From: Eledone cirrhosa
Lineage: Eukaryota
Direction: 5' to 3'
Length of the DNA: 64,000 bases
Assembly (NCBI GenBank): GCA_964016885.1
Contig: OZ024748.1
Coordinates: 57,350,001-57,414,000 of the forward strand
Shown here: positions 1-12,101 of the stretch, one piece after another
Layout of the letters: each line of letters begins with the position of its first letter
How positions within the stretch are numbered: the first letter of the stretch is position 1
Notes under the pieces: model-generated
Seen by the model: the letters and a program-made list of their open reading frames with translations, nothing else
What the model was told of the DNA's origin: nothing
The model's database searches: none
Translations under genes and position numbers: made by a program

Positions 1-2040
1 GGCGTCCGTACCTGTAGATCTTGTCTCGACCTGGTAGAGCTCCTCGGTAGAACTGCCAGGCCAGAGGCCTCTGGAAGTTGTCCATGGGTCCCGGGCGCAA
101 ATTCCTACCAAACAGACTGGTGATCTCGTCATCTTCGACGCCCAGAGTCTTTCCGAGCACGTCGTCGCCCTTGTAACGTACTAACTCTCTATAGAATATC
201 GAAGTGGAGTCTCCACTGATTGCTGTGCCCGCTTGAAAGAGGACTGCGAGCGCCTGAGCGCATTCAATGTGCCAAGTGCCCATTTTCTTCGGTCTCCGCT
301 TGACCCAGGACTGCAGCCCGTCGGCGAGATAAGTTGCGGGAAGGCCTGTCTCACAAACGGAGTCCACACCGGTTGTTCGGTGAGTAATACCTGGAGATGC
401 CGTAGCCTCAGCGCGTGTTTGCGCATCATCAGCCATGGAATTCCCAGCCCTCCGTTGGAAGGATGCTGACAGCAGACGGATCTCCACACCAGTGGAGCCT
501 GCTTCTTCCAAATGAACTGGAAGAGCATGAGTTCCATCTTGGTGAGGTATTCACGGGCACAAGGCACATGGTCAAGCGGTAGAAGATGACGGACGCTATG
601 AGAGAGTTCGCTCCCTCCGCTCGACCTTTCAAGGATAGTTTGCACTCTGCCCACTTCTGGGTGAGCGCAAATACCTTAGTCGTGACCTCGTTCCAGTTTT
701 TCCCCACCTGGAGGTCTGGACCGAACCAGACACCGAGCAATTTCACCGCTCCTTCCGTCCAGCGTCCGACGACGCTGTTGGACGGCATTGGTTTGCCTCT
801 CCACGTTCAGAGTTGCAAACCGACAGATTTGTCCGGGTTCAGTTTTGCTCCTGTGAGCCTTTCGTATTCCTGCAGTAAGTTGTCGATTTCCGAGGTTTCC
901 GACACCATTACTGTCACGTCGTCGGCATAAGCCGACGCCGCTTTCCTCAGTCCCAGTTCCAGCAGGATGCCCTGCAGAAAGAAGCTCCAACTTCCGCAGT
1001 AGTGGCTCTAGAGTCGGTACGCACGGAATGGAGAGGAGAGGGCATCCCTGTCGGACGGAACGCGTGATTGCGAACGGCTGCGATAGGTAGCCGTTTACCT
1101 TGACCGTCGAGCAGATGTTGGTGTGCATTGCTTTGATCCAGCCTCTGAAGACGGGTCCGAAACCGGCCGCCTTGAGAACCGCTTCCAAGTATCGATGGTC
1201 GACCTTATCGAACGCCTTAGACCGATCTAAATTGATCAGAGCCCCACCGAAGCCGGGTTTACACCCCACCCTCTCTATGATGTATCGCATGAGATGGAGG
1301 TTGTCGTGTATGGACCTGATCGGGATTGCACGCGTTTGCGCTTTCCCTACCAGGTTCTCGACGACAAGCGCCAGCCTCGTTACTAACACCTTGGCCCAAA
1401 TCTTTAACTCTGTGTTGAGCAGAGTTATGGGCCTAACGTTGCTTAGTTCGTCCCCCTTGTTCTCGTCTTTCCTGATCAGCGTTACTACGCCCTTGCCTGC
1501 AGAACTGGGAATTCTCCCGTTCTGCTGCCGGTTGCAGTAGACGGCTTGGAGGATGCCAGAGAACAAGTCCGGTATGCCTATGTAAAAATCATATGGTAGA
1601 CCATCTAGTCCGTTATATTTGTGTTTCCCGCATGGGCCCAGAGCGTCCCGTATCTCAGTGACTGTGATCAGTCTTTCGCAGAACTCGGCCTCCATGCTCG
1701 ACAGACGCGGCAGGTCGTGGAGGTATGAACCGAAGTCCATTACCCTGTTCGTCGCACCGTCGCTCTACGCGAACAGTTGCGCAAAGTGCCGCTGAAAAGC
1801 CGTGCACATCCGCTTGGAGTCAAGTAGCACGCGTTCGTTTTGGTCTTTCAAACACCGAATCGTGGACTTGTTGCCACCTTTCGCCTCTGCCGCTTGGGCC
1901 CAGCTTACAGCTTTTGCTCCCTCGTTACCTAGAGCACGTGATTTACTTCTGACCACGCAGCCTTCGTGTTTCGCATCGAAGAACTGGTACAGTGTCGTTC
2001 TCGTTGCTAGCACTTTAGCTGTGTAGCCACTCCTAACGCC
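1..2040 (-). mobile_element. Degraded Tx1/L1-clade non-LTR retrotransposon ORF2 (reverse transcriptase), frameshifted, runs off window start
   Basis: Consecutive minus ORFs 1765-2013, 676-1740, 429-788, 181-654 carry RPITLLNTELKIWAKVL, DRSKAFDKVDH, VRQGCPL, AYADDV (read at ~915-932 in a shifted frame), LLGVWFG, LSLKGR and GGLGIP motifs; GC-rich relative to flanks. Confidence 0.9.
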
Positions 2041-3624
2041 TCCTCTACCTTGACTATTCTGTTTCTGTTTTGTTTTTCTCTAAGGCTAGTTCTTTGCTAA
2101 ATCTATCGACTCTACTCTAATTGCTCTCTACTCTAATTGCTCCCGTCAACTGTTGCTTAACTAATCTAACATAGTTGACATACATGCATACTGACTTACA
2201 AACATGACAGCAATTAAAGTATAACCGACTCCTGATTAACAACATTTCCAGCATTATATAGCAACTTAGACTAAATTAACCTTGAAAATTAGGAATGCCT
2301 GCATTAGTATTATTCTGAATCACTAAGTTTTTTCAAAGGACCTCCATTCCTGAAATCCATCAGCAAATGACCTCCCCCCCATCCCTATCACCACCTTCCT
2401 CTACCACCAGAAAATGTATAAATACCACATATACTTGGATGTGAACAATTTAAAACAAAAATAAAGGGATTTAGAAAAATGTTTCCTCCCTTATAATCTT
2501 TAGATCCGCGATTCTTAAAGCGGATGCTACTATCTCTTTACTGACTCAAGACGAGCACTAGAAAACAAGGAAGTGGTAGGTGGGTCATTAGAAAGCAAGG
2601 AGGGAAGTGGGAAAAGAATATTAATTACTTGCTTCTAAAGCTGTTATTTTTAGTTAGTTAACATGCTAAAATACAAAAAAAAAAAAGAAAAGAAAAGAAG
2701 ATAAAAACATATAACAAAACTTAAAATTCGATGTATAATTTATGATAAACTTACAGAGGGAGCTGCAACTAATTTCTTTTAAAGATGATAGTGGTCCAGG
2801 AAGTTAGAAAGGCTCGGCTTTAAAACAACTACATTGGTTTTAAGTAAATGAAAGTCAGTAGCTACGAAACAGCATCTTTTCAATTCTTCTGTTATATAGC
2901 GAAGCAGATGACCTCTACCAGAGACAAAGCAAAATTCCAAACTCTTTTCAAACAACGAATTCTGAATACAATTTGAAATATCAAATAGTAAAACTATGCG
3001 GCAATACAATTATCATTTGTAAAAGTAGCTTAGCAGACTTGTAGATATTGTTCCCGAAACGTTAATCATATATTCCATAACAACTTTCACTCTAAACATC
3101 ATCACCTACTCCACCGCTTCTCTCTCGGTTGGATGTAGAGTTAAATTTTTTCTAAAATTCTTGTTGTCATTAGTTGAGCAAAAAGTCGGTGCGATTTGAA
3201 CTCAGATTGTAAAGCGTCGTAAGTCGAAGCTGCAAAGCATTGTACCGGCCCTCTACCGATAATGCCAATCCACCAAATTGGAGGACTCTCAATAATATGA
3301 CCATGTAATACCAGAAACGCATATACTAGTCAAAGATATAGACATCTACCTAGTCACTTGACGTGTTAAACATAATAGCTAACTTTCTATTAAACCATAC
3401 CAAACCATTTAAAAAGAATATTTTTGATAATTTAATCAGGTATACAAGAATATCTGAAAAGATTTTATCTTCAAAAGTTTTGCTAATGCATAGTAATGTC
3501 GTCAGGTGTACGACCCTTTATACCTGCATTTCTGAACCGGTGTTCCACGGAGCCCTATGGTTCTGCAAGAGTTTGCCAGGGGTACCGCGAGAAACACTGA
3601 TAAATAAGCTAATACCTTTTTGAA

Positions 3625-3815
3625 TAATAATTGTTTCTACTTTTGGAACAAGGCCAGCAAATACCCAGTACATTACTGGTACTTTATTTTATCGAGTCCG
3701 TAAGGATGACAGGCAAAGTTAACCTCGACGGGATTTGAACTCAGACCGTAAAGGGGCGTAACTATGCTAGAAAGCATGGCGTCCAACCCTCTACCGATAC
3801 TGCCTATTCACCGAA
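3625..3815 (-). mobile_element. tRNA-derived SINE family A (other copies ~3185-3280, 9036-9255, 9640-9830, 12680-12875, 13290-13506, 22730-22920, 39780-39955, 45727-45915)
   Basis: Repeated consensus GGTGGATTGGCAGTATCGGTAGAG..GAGTTCAAATCCCGCCGAGGTTAACTTTGCCTTTCATCCTTACGGGGTCGATAAAATAAAGTACCAG..AGAAACAATTATTA with A/B boxes; central block resembles the Meta/MESC SINE core (from recall, not searched). Confidence 0.8.
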
Positions 3816-5028
3816 TGGTATATAACTTTTATGCAGGGGTTCCCTGAGACAGGAAATCTATTTCAAAGGCTCTACAAGGGTAAAAAAAATGTATACAGTT
3901 AAAAAAACCTAGCAAAAATATTATCCAAACATCTTTTCAACTATACACCGATTGCTTCATAAATTGATAGGACAGGTTTGAAATATAGTCTAGACAAATA
4001 TACACACTCACACACACATACACACACATAAACACACATGCATACAGATACAAACACACACGCTCACACACACACAGACACGCACGTTCGAAGAAAAGAA
4101 AATCGTCAACGAATCAAGGATGGTGTAGATAACTAAGGGTCTATGATATTCATATATAAAAATGTACCTCGATTTTTCATCCATCTAAAGTATTTATTTA
4201 ATCTGCACCATATCCTATATTCAAATCCGGATGATAAACATACCACTTGAATGTCGATGGAAGTGTTCTGAAGGCAACACTTTGTTCCTTTCCCGTGAGA
4301 TCCAGCAAAACAATCCTCAATTTCGATGGAACTTCTAATTGGTCGTCTGATCTGTTAGAAACAACAGACATATCACTCTCTAGTCTCTTCTTACAAAACT
4401 AAAGAAAAAAATAAATCATTTGACAATATAGTCAGAGATATAAACAAAAGCGATACGAATGAATTTATTTTGTTCATAGGTCTGTTTCAATGGTGACCTT
4501 GTATTAGACAAAAATAAATACAACGGCGACGATGAGAAGGAGATGAAGCAAATGCAAGCCTACTTATAACTAGACGGTGTTGGCTCTTTACAATTAGATC
4601 TTTATCATGGAATACAATTCAGAACTAGTGACAGGAAACGAGCTTTTTTTTTAGCTGGAGATCCTTATCTTAGCCGCTTTCAGTTTATTCTAAGAATTCC
4701 GTTAAATATTTGCGGAAAAATGGCCCATTCAGCCATTACTCTAGATTATTTGCTAAATATAACATATAAACACGCACTCACACAGACATAGACACACACA
4801 CACACACGTATTTGTGTGTGTGTGGATGTATATGTATTTATATGTATATATATTATAAAGAGTCATGATCCCAACGGCTGAGCTGTTGCCGTTTCAACAC
4901 TTACTTCTGTCTGGGTCCTGACTCTTTATAATATAACCATACTCTACTACCCAAATATCGAGTAAGCTGTTGAGTATTGATATAACCAGTTTCACACTGA
5001 ATCCATCCTGATTTATATAAATAAATGT

Positions 5029-5083
<55 letters not shown>

Positions 5084-5445
5084 ACAGGGAGAAAAAGACG
5101 ATTATTAGGAAGAAAAAAATTTTTTTTTTTTTTTAAATTTCTTTCTCTCTTTTTTTCTGCTTTAGAAAATGATTAAAACGAAATATTTTACTTTGTGTGA
5201 AGTGTTAAGGTATTAGATGATTTATTTATTAATTAACAATGGCATTTATTTATTTACTAGCGGAGCTACCCGGCTTCGCTCAGTGTTAAAAAGCTTATTT
5301 AGAAAAGAATAATATTAACATTTTAATCGTTATTTAAAAACTTCTGTAATTTAGTTTCTATTTTTTAGATTTTAACATTTATCTTTAAATGACTGAATGA
5401 CTGACGAATTTAAAGAAAATTCGTTATAAGAACATTTAATTTGTT

Positions 5446-7043
5446 TTACTGAAGTGCTTTTGGATACACAATGTTTTTTGTTTTTCCTTCTGGTGCGTAC
5501 ACGAATAAATCAGAAGGTTTACCGACGCGTGAGCAAGCCACATACAGCTGTCCATGTGAGAAGCATGGATTTTCTAAATTTAGTCCACACACTTGTAGCG
5601 ATTGTCCTTGTGCTTTGTTGATAGTCATTGCAAAGGCGAGTCGCACCGGAAACTGCAAACGTTTGAAATCGAATGGCGTATCTGTTGGAATGATTGGGAT
5701 GCGTGGCAAGTGTACATCTTCTCCTTTAAATTTTCCAAGAATTCAATTGGATAATTGATAATTTCGTCTTGATTCATTACAGTATCGATGGACTTATACG
5801 TTGTCGCTTCGCCTGGTATTTCGTTTTGAATGCTGAAATTAATGGCATTGACATCGGTGTTTTTGGCTGCTAATATAGCACGTACACTGAGCCACTGATG
5901 ATTTTTGTAATGCTGCGCAATATTTGGGAACACTTTGTGAATCAGTTCGTCTCTGGTTGCCGTGATTCTACAGAAGTTTGTTGGCAATGTGATACATTTT
6001 GTGGAATCATCGATTACCATTTTCCCATTCCCAATATCCAGCAATTGTTTTGTGAAACGTTCAGCGGATGCGTCATTTTGTAGTTGTACACGCATATTGT
6101 TTTTTAAAGTTAATTTCTGTACGTGTCGCCATAAAACTGATGATTTGAGACATGCATTAAGCTCATCAGCGGGTGTTGATCGCGGTATAACTGGTAGAGT
6201 TTGTCGAAAATCACCAGACAATAAAATGAGTGTGCCACCGAAGAGCTGTTCATTTCCTTTCAAATCTTTTAGTGTATTATTAAGCGCTTCCAATGATTTT
6301 TTGTGCGCCATAGTACATTCGTCCCATATAATGATTTTACATGATTGGAGTACTCTACCTATACCAGAATTTTTGGTAATATTGCATGTTGATGTCTCAG
6401 CGATTTGCATATTCAATGGCAATTTCAGGGCTGAATGTGCTGTTCGGCCACCATCTAAAAGAGTTGCCGCAATTCCAGATGATGCGATTGCCAGTGCAAT
6501 ATTATTTTCTGATCGTATAGTTGCCAAAATAAGTGAAATGAGAAAAGTTTTGCCTGTACCACCGGGCGCATCTATAAAATACAATCCGCCGCTTTGACTT
6601 ATAATTGCCTGCATAATTTGGTCATATACTATGCGTTGTTCTGGTAGCAATTTGGGAAGATTCCTTTGAACAAATGTACCCAATTCGGCGACATCAAAGT
6701 TTGTTTCTCGTTGCAAATCACGATCGAAAATGTCGTTTACAGATCGATTCGGCGCAGGCATTCCCAATTGTACCAATGTTTTGTTAGCGATTGCTAAACA
6801 TATGACCTCAATGGAAACCAATGCTTCATTATACACATTTGGTGTGAATTGAATATTCATATTTTGATTTGTTGCACGCAAACGATGTAGGATGTCTTCA
6901 CTCATGTAGTCTTTATATTTTTCCCAAAGATCTTTTGGATTTGATGGAAAGCACGTTGTCAATATTATTGAGAATAATGTGCGTATTTGCTTTGGTCGAG
7001 CAGTATTCGATGCATCAGCGAGTGAAGTGTCCATCATTTTCAA
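5446..7043 (-). pseudogene. Helitron PIF1-family helicase (C-terminal part of RepHel), interrupted near 5735
   Basis: DAPGGTGKT Walker A, IIWDECTM, GDFRQTLPV, and QFPVRLAFAMTINKAQGQS/FSHGQLYVACSRV in a second frame (5446-5709). Confidence 0.9.
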
Positions 7044-7469
7044 GAAGATTTAATTCTTGGCAAGCTTCACGATAAGTGGCACATACTTGACCGTTTACTG
7101 TTCTCAATTCTTGGAATGATGTCGGTCCACGTATGTGTCCAGGTCAGCAAAATAAGGACAGACGAAATGAAGATATCAAATTACAGCACTTAGTTAAGGG
7201 CTAGCTGAAAAAAAATTCCCTGTAATGGGAGTGGAAGGGAAGTAATGTGAAAGAGACACTATACTAATTCTATTGAAATTATATTAAATTAAAGAGAGAA
7301 TTTACTAATTCTATTGAAATTATATTAAATTAAAGAGAGAATACTAATTCTATTGAAATTATCTTTAATTAAAAAAATTTCACACTCGCTCTTTCACTCA
7401 CTCTTTGTCTATACGTTGATTTCTCTTTCTCCGTTTATAGCACTCTCTCTTTGTCTATACGTTGCTCTT

Positions 7470-7975
7470 TCACTCTGTCTTTGTCTATACGTTGATTTTT
7501 CTTTCTCCGTTTATAACTTTAGAGACAGTCTAATATAGGGAGTGGTTCAAAGCAGCCAGACTACTCGCTCTTTCACTCGTTGCTCTTTCACTCTCTCTTT
7601 GTCTATACGTTGATTTTTCTTTCTCCGTTTATAACTTTAGAGACAGTCTAATATAGGGAGTGGTTCAAAGCAGCCAGACTACTCGCTCTTTCACTCGTTG
7701 CTCTTTCACTCTCTCTTTGTCTATACGTTGATTTCTCTTTCTCCGTTTATAACTTTAGAGACAGTCTAATATAGGGAGTGGTTCAAAGCAGCCAGACTAC
7801 TCGCTCTTTCACTCGTTGCTCTTTCACTCTCTCTTTGTCTATACGTTGATTTCTCTTTCTCCGTTTATAACTTTAGAGACAGTCTAATATACGGAGTGGT
7901 TCAAAGCAGCCAGACTACTCGCTCCTTCACTCTCTGTTTGAATATACGTTGATTTCTCTTTCTCCGTTTATATCT
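7470..7975. repeat. 118-bp tandem repeat (~4 units) inside the Helitron 5' region; ~40-bp x3 repeat at 7260-7370
   Basis: AGTGGTTCAAAGCAGCCAGACTAC recurs at 7541, 7659, 7777, 7895. Confidence 0.9.
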
Positions 7976-8120
7976 TTGGACAAACAAACAAACATACATT
8001 CATTTTTATATATATAGATAGATTTATTTATTTATTTATATATTTATATATATATATAGTCTGGGTTATAAACAAAAGTGTTGGGATATGAATGAAATAT
8101 TTTGTTCATATATATATAAA

Positions 8121-8320
8121 TAGTAACACAACAGTTAGTTCACCATACCGAGAACAAGGATTTCACCTTATGCGGATCTTCAGCTCGGATTGAAGTTCCG
8201 CATAAGGTGAAACAATTGTTCTCGGTATGGTGAACTAACTGTTGTGTTACTACTTCTACCTAACTCGTCCCATGGACTGAGTATTCTACCACTACGGATA
8301 TAACCTTCCAGTGTTCTACC
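8121..8320. repeat. Fold-back hairpin (8121-8252) of a hammerhead-containing Penelope-like repeat, with tail
   Basis: ~62-bp inverted arms; minus arm reads CCGAG-CTGAAGA-TCCGCATAAGGT-GAAA-TCCTTG-TT-CTCGG, plus arm has GAAA-CAATTG-TT-CTCGG. Confidence 0.65.
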
Positions 8321-8379
8321 CCTCTCTCTCTCTCTCTCGCTCTCGCTCTCACTCTCTTTCTCTTTCGCTCTCTCTCATA

Positions 8380-8487
8380 CAAGGTGTCCCCAAAAGTATA
8401 TACACACTTCAACAGCATTCTAATAAATATTGCTTGTATGCCTGTATAAGTAATCAAACTGTGAATACATCTTTTTGGACCACTCTG
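8380..8487. mobile_element. Tc1/mariner-type MITE
   Basis: TA|CAAGGTGTCCCCAAAAG...CTTTTTGGACCACTCTG|TA imperfect TIRs with TA TSD. Confidence 0.7.
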
Positions 8488-8529
8488 TATATATATATAT
8501 AATACACTAATACACATACAAACACGCAC

Positions 8530-8586
<57 letters not shown>

Positions 8587-8745
8587 AGGGAGTGTAACGC
8601 GGAGTTACAGAGTTGGGCTAGATCGATACAGATGAAACCTTGAGCTGATCGGTGGCGAAACGCGCGTCAACCAACCAATAATCGTAATGAAGGAGTAACC
8701 ACTCGTCCTTGTTTTATTTTATTATATGTATATATATATATATAA

Positions 8746-8805
<60 letters not shown>

Positions 8806-10227
8806 GTGTGATTTTGACTCTTGTTCTGATGTTAGCAAAGCAGGTCAAGGTGACCACACATGTATTTGTTTTGCTGACCTTGCACCACCCAGTCCAGACA
8901 AAGTGGGCAACTGGAGAATATCTAAGATAATCAGATTTTTCCTCTCATTCTGCTCTTGTCCCTAAAAGCACGGCAATGTAGAGGTTAACCAGACACCCGG
9001 CCCTGTCAGCAAGTGTCAGCTAGCTTTATTCTTATTGGCGGTGGATTGGCAGTATCGGTAGAGAGATGGACGCCATGCTTTGCAACGTAGAGTTACGGCC
9101 CTTTGTGATCTGAGTTCAACTCCCACTGAGGTTAATTTTGCCTTTCATCCTTACGGGGTCGATAAAATAAAGTACCAGTCACGCACTGGGGTTAGATTTA
9201 ATCGACTTTCCCCTCCCCCAAATTGCTCGCCTTGTGCCTACATAAGAAATCATTCTTATTGGCAGTTGAGCAAAGGTTAATCCACACATAATAGTCTACA
9301 TCATCTTTCGAACTCTCTGCACACATTCATACAGAAAAAGAACACAAACATGGTTTCTTATTTTATTAACAATAACCTCATAGTAGGTTATTCGTTAACA
9401 ACATGGCGGTCATGTTTTTATAGTTCATTCATAGCGTTCATATGTAAATACCAAACTCATACATAACATACATCAAACCAAACGTTAGCTACCACATACA
9501 CACTGCCACAGTATAATGGCTTCTTATATAATGCCTATATAGGCACAATGCCAGCAATTTTGGGGGAGGGGAAAGTCGATTAAATCGAACAAAAAATCCT
9601 ATCATAACTAACGAGTCTATAATATTGGAAGACTTATCAATAATTGTTTCTATTTTTGGCACAAGACCAGCAAATATCCCAGTGCATTACTGGTACTTTA
9701 TTTTATCGACTCCCGTAAGGATGAAAGGCAAAGTTAACCTCGACGGTATTAGAACTTAGATCATATAGGGACGTAACTCTATGCTGCAAAGCATGGCATC
9801 TGACCCTCTACCGATACTGCCAATCCACTACCCTACACTGCCACACTATAATGAACGTAAACCACTAAACCACAATCAATATCAATTCTCAGAACTGATA
9901 GCAACAAAATTCCCCATACTACATTTGGTGTCATACCCTACCCACCACCTACTCTCACCAAGCGTGAAACTAATAATACTTTGTAACATTTTCTCCTGCG
10001 TTTGTTTGTTTTTTGTTTTCTGTTAATACGAACTATATATATATATATATGTAAATATAGAGAGAGAGGGAGGAAAAGAGTCAGGACCCCGACGGCTGAG
10101 CTCCGGCCGTTTCGACAGCTAGAGCCACTCTACTACCCTAAGTATTGAGTACTCTGGTGCGTTATGGTCCACCTGGTATCTTACCACACCCTCTTTGTTC
10201 TTTGTTATATATATATATATATATATA

Positions 10228-10501
10228 CAGTATACCTCTGGCATTCGCGGTCCCAGTTATTCGCGGAATCGTAAATATCTTCCGCGATTTTTTAATGGCT
10301 TTTTTTAAAGCTAAATTATTAATAATAATATACCGTATTTGCCGGCCTATTGGATGCCCCTTCACATAAGACGCTACCTCTTTTTAAAATTATATTTTGA
10401 CGTTTGAAGGCATTTTTATGGACCACGTTGAATATTCGCGGTTTTTTACTCTTCGCGGACGCTCTAGGCATGTAACCCCCGCGAATACCGAGGGACAACT
10501 G
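10228..10501. mobile_element. pogo/Tigger-type MITE
   Basis: TA|CAGTATACCTCTGGCATTCGCGG...CCGCGAATACCGAGGGACAACTG|TA. Confidence 0.7.
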
Positions 10502-10519
10502 TATATTTATTTATTATTT

Positions 10520-11480
10520 GGTCTATACGAATGCCCGAGTATTTGTGTTTGGATAAATGGTGCTAAATCTAAAGCATTCAATGTGGGAGTCGGTCTCCGC
10601 CAAGGGTGCCTAGTGCTACCTCTCCTGTTCATTATTTACATGAACAGAATTGACATGCGTAGCTGGGCCGGAAGTGGTATCATGACTGGCGGGTGTGAAA
10701 TCAGTCGACTGGAATTTGAAGGTGACATGATGTTACTTTACTCGACAAAAGATGATCTTCGACTCACATTTGATAGGTTTAATGCCAAGTGCTGCGTGGC
10801 TGCAATGAAAATCGGTGCTGCAAAAACTGAGTCACTCGTCCTCACAAGGAAGCCTACGCAGTGCACGCTACATGTGAATGGAGTTCCACTAAAGCACGGA
10901 GATAGGTTCGGGAATCTCGGGGTCGTTTTCACGAGTGATGGGAAGCAAGAAGCTGAAATAAGTGCAAGAATTGCAAAAGCTGGTGCAGTAATGCGCCAGC
11001 TTCAGTATTCAGAAGGGAAGTAGTTATAACAGCCAAACTGGCTATCTTCAATTAGATTTTTGTGCCAACCATTACCTGTGGTCACCAATCTTGGGTAATG
11101 GCCGAAAGAATACGATCGCGAATTCAAGCGGCCGCAATGGGATTACTCCGAAGTCTTTAGAGTAACGTTACTCGATAAAGTACGTAGTTCGGAGATGAGA
11201 TATTCATTCAAGATAGAGCCACTACTTCTCCCAATTGAGAGAGCACATCTCCGATACTATGAGCATGTGGTAAGAATGTCTCAGGAAAGAACTGGCAAGA
11301 AACCCATTGGAAGAACCCGAGCAAGATGGTTGGATAACATCCATCAGCTTGGCTGGTCATGCTTGGGGATCCAGCCGTATCAGTTGGAAACGGTTGGTTC
11401 TAACAGGGTCTGCTGGAGGGAGTGTTTGAGGAATCTGCCTCCCACGACCCTTCCAAGAATAAATGAGCGAAGAAGAAAAA
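10520..11480 (+). mobile_element. 5'-truncated degraded RTE-clade LINE (RT and 3' end); related fragment at ~14055-14330
   Basis: VGLRQGCLVLPLLFIIYM, decayed FADD (FEGD), LGVVFTSDG, LRYYEHVVRM, KPIGRTRARW; (GAA)-rich tail. Confidence 0.85.
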
Positions 11481-11751
11481 GAATAATATATATATCGAAA
11501 TAATGGCTAAAAACCAAACTTTCAGAGCATGATTTACAAAATATTATTAAGGTATAATACAAACCGTAGTAAGCAAAATTTCATTTGAAATCAAATAATT
11601 TCACTTACATTATAATTAGTTTTCTAATTATACACTTATAACGCGGTTTTAGACGATTAGAAAATACTATTTTCTATAATTAAAATAATAACTTGAAAAT
11701 TAAGATAATTCGCTCTCTTCAGTAAGCTGCCTGATATAATAAATATGCGGT

Positions 11752-12101
11752 ATAATACATTTCTTGCTCCATGAGATGGACTCCATAACAACACATCACC
11801 TGCTATTTCTTCCTTGCTGCGCCAACAGTGGCCAGCAAATCTGAGTCCCTGTCCACGTATTGACCTGCTGATAGGTGGTATATTGCCATAGAGATCCTTA
11901 TTTGTTGGGTGTTCCCTCCAAGACACGTTTAAAGCAAGAAATGCTGGTCATCCCAAGAAGACATACGTCAAGCAACTTGAGAACGATGCTGGATGCACTG
12001 CGGAAGAACTGGCAAACGCTATGAGAGACAGAGATGGATGGAAGAAATGTGTCGTAGAAAGCCGAGCAAGCTCGACCTGATGATGATGATGATAATACAT
12101 T
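11752..12101 (+). mobile_element. RTE-clade LINE 3' fragment with 5' inversion and 10-bp TSD
   Basis: Minus piece ..RFAGHCWRSKEE..SPSHGAR joins plus piece NAGHPKKTY..DRDGW..; (TGA)n tail; ATAATACATT at 11752-11761 and 12092-12101. Confidence 0.8.

Larger units (their letters stand above)
5257..8022 (-). mobile_element. Internally deleted Helitron with both termini
   Basis: Minus strand starts A|TCTATCTATATATATAAAAATGAATGTATGTTTGTTTG (~8022) and ends with a GC hairpin (..GCGAAGCCGGG..) plus CTAG|T at 5257-5260; contains PIF1 helicase. Confidence 0.85.
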
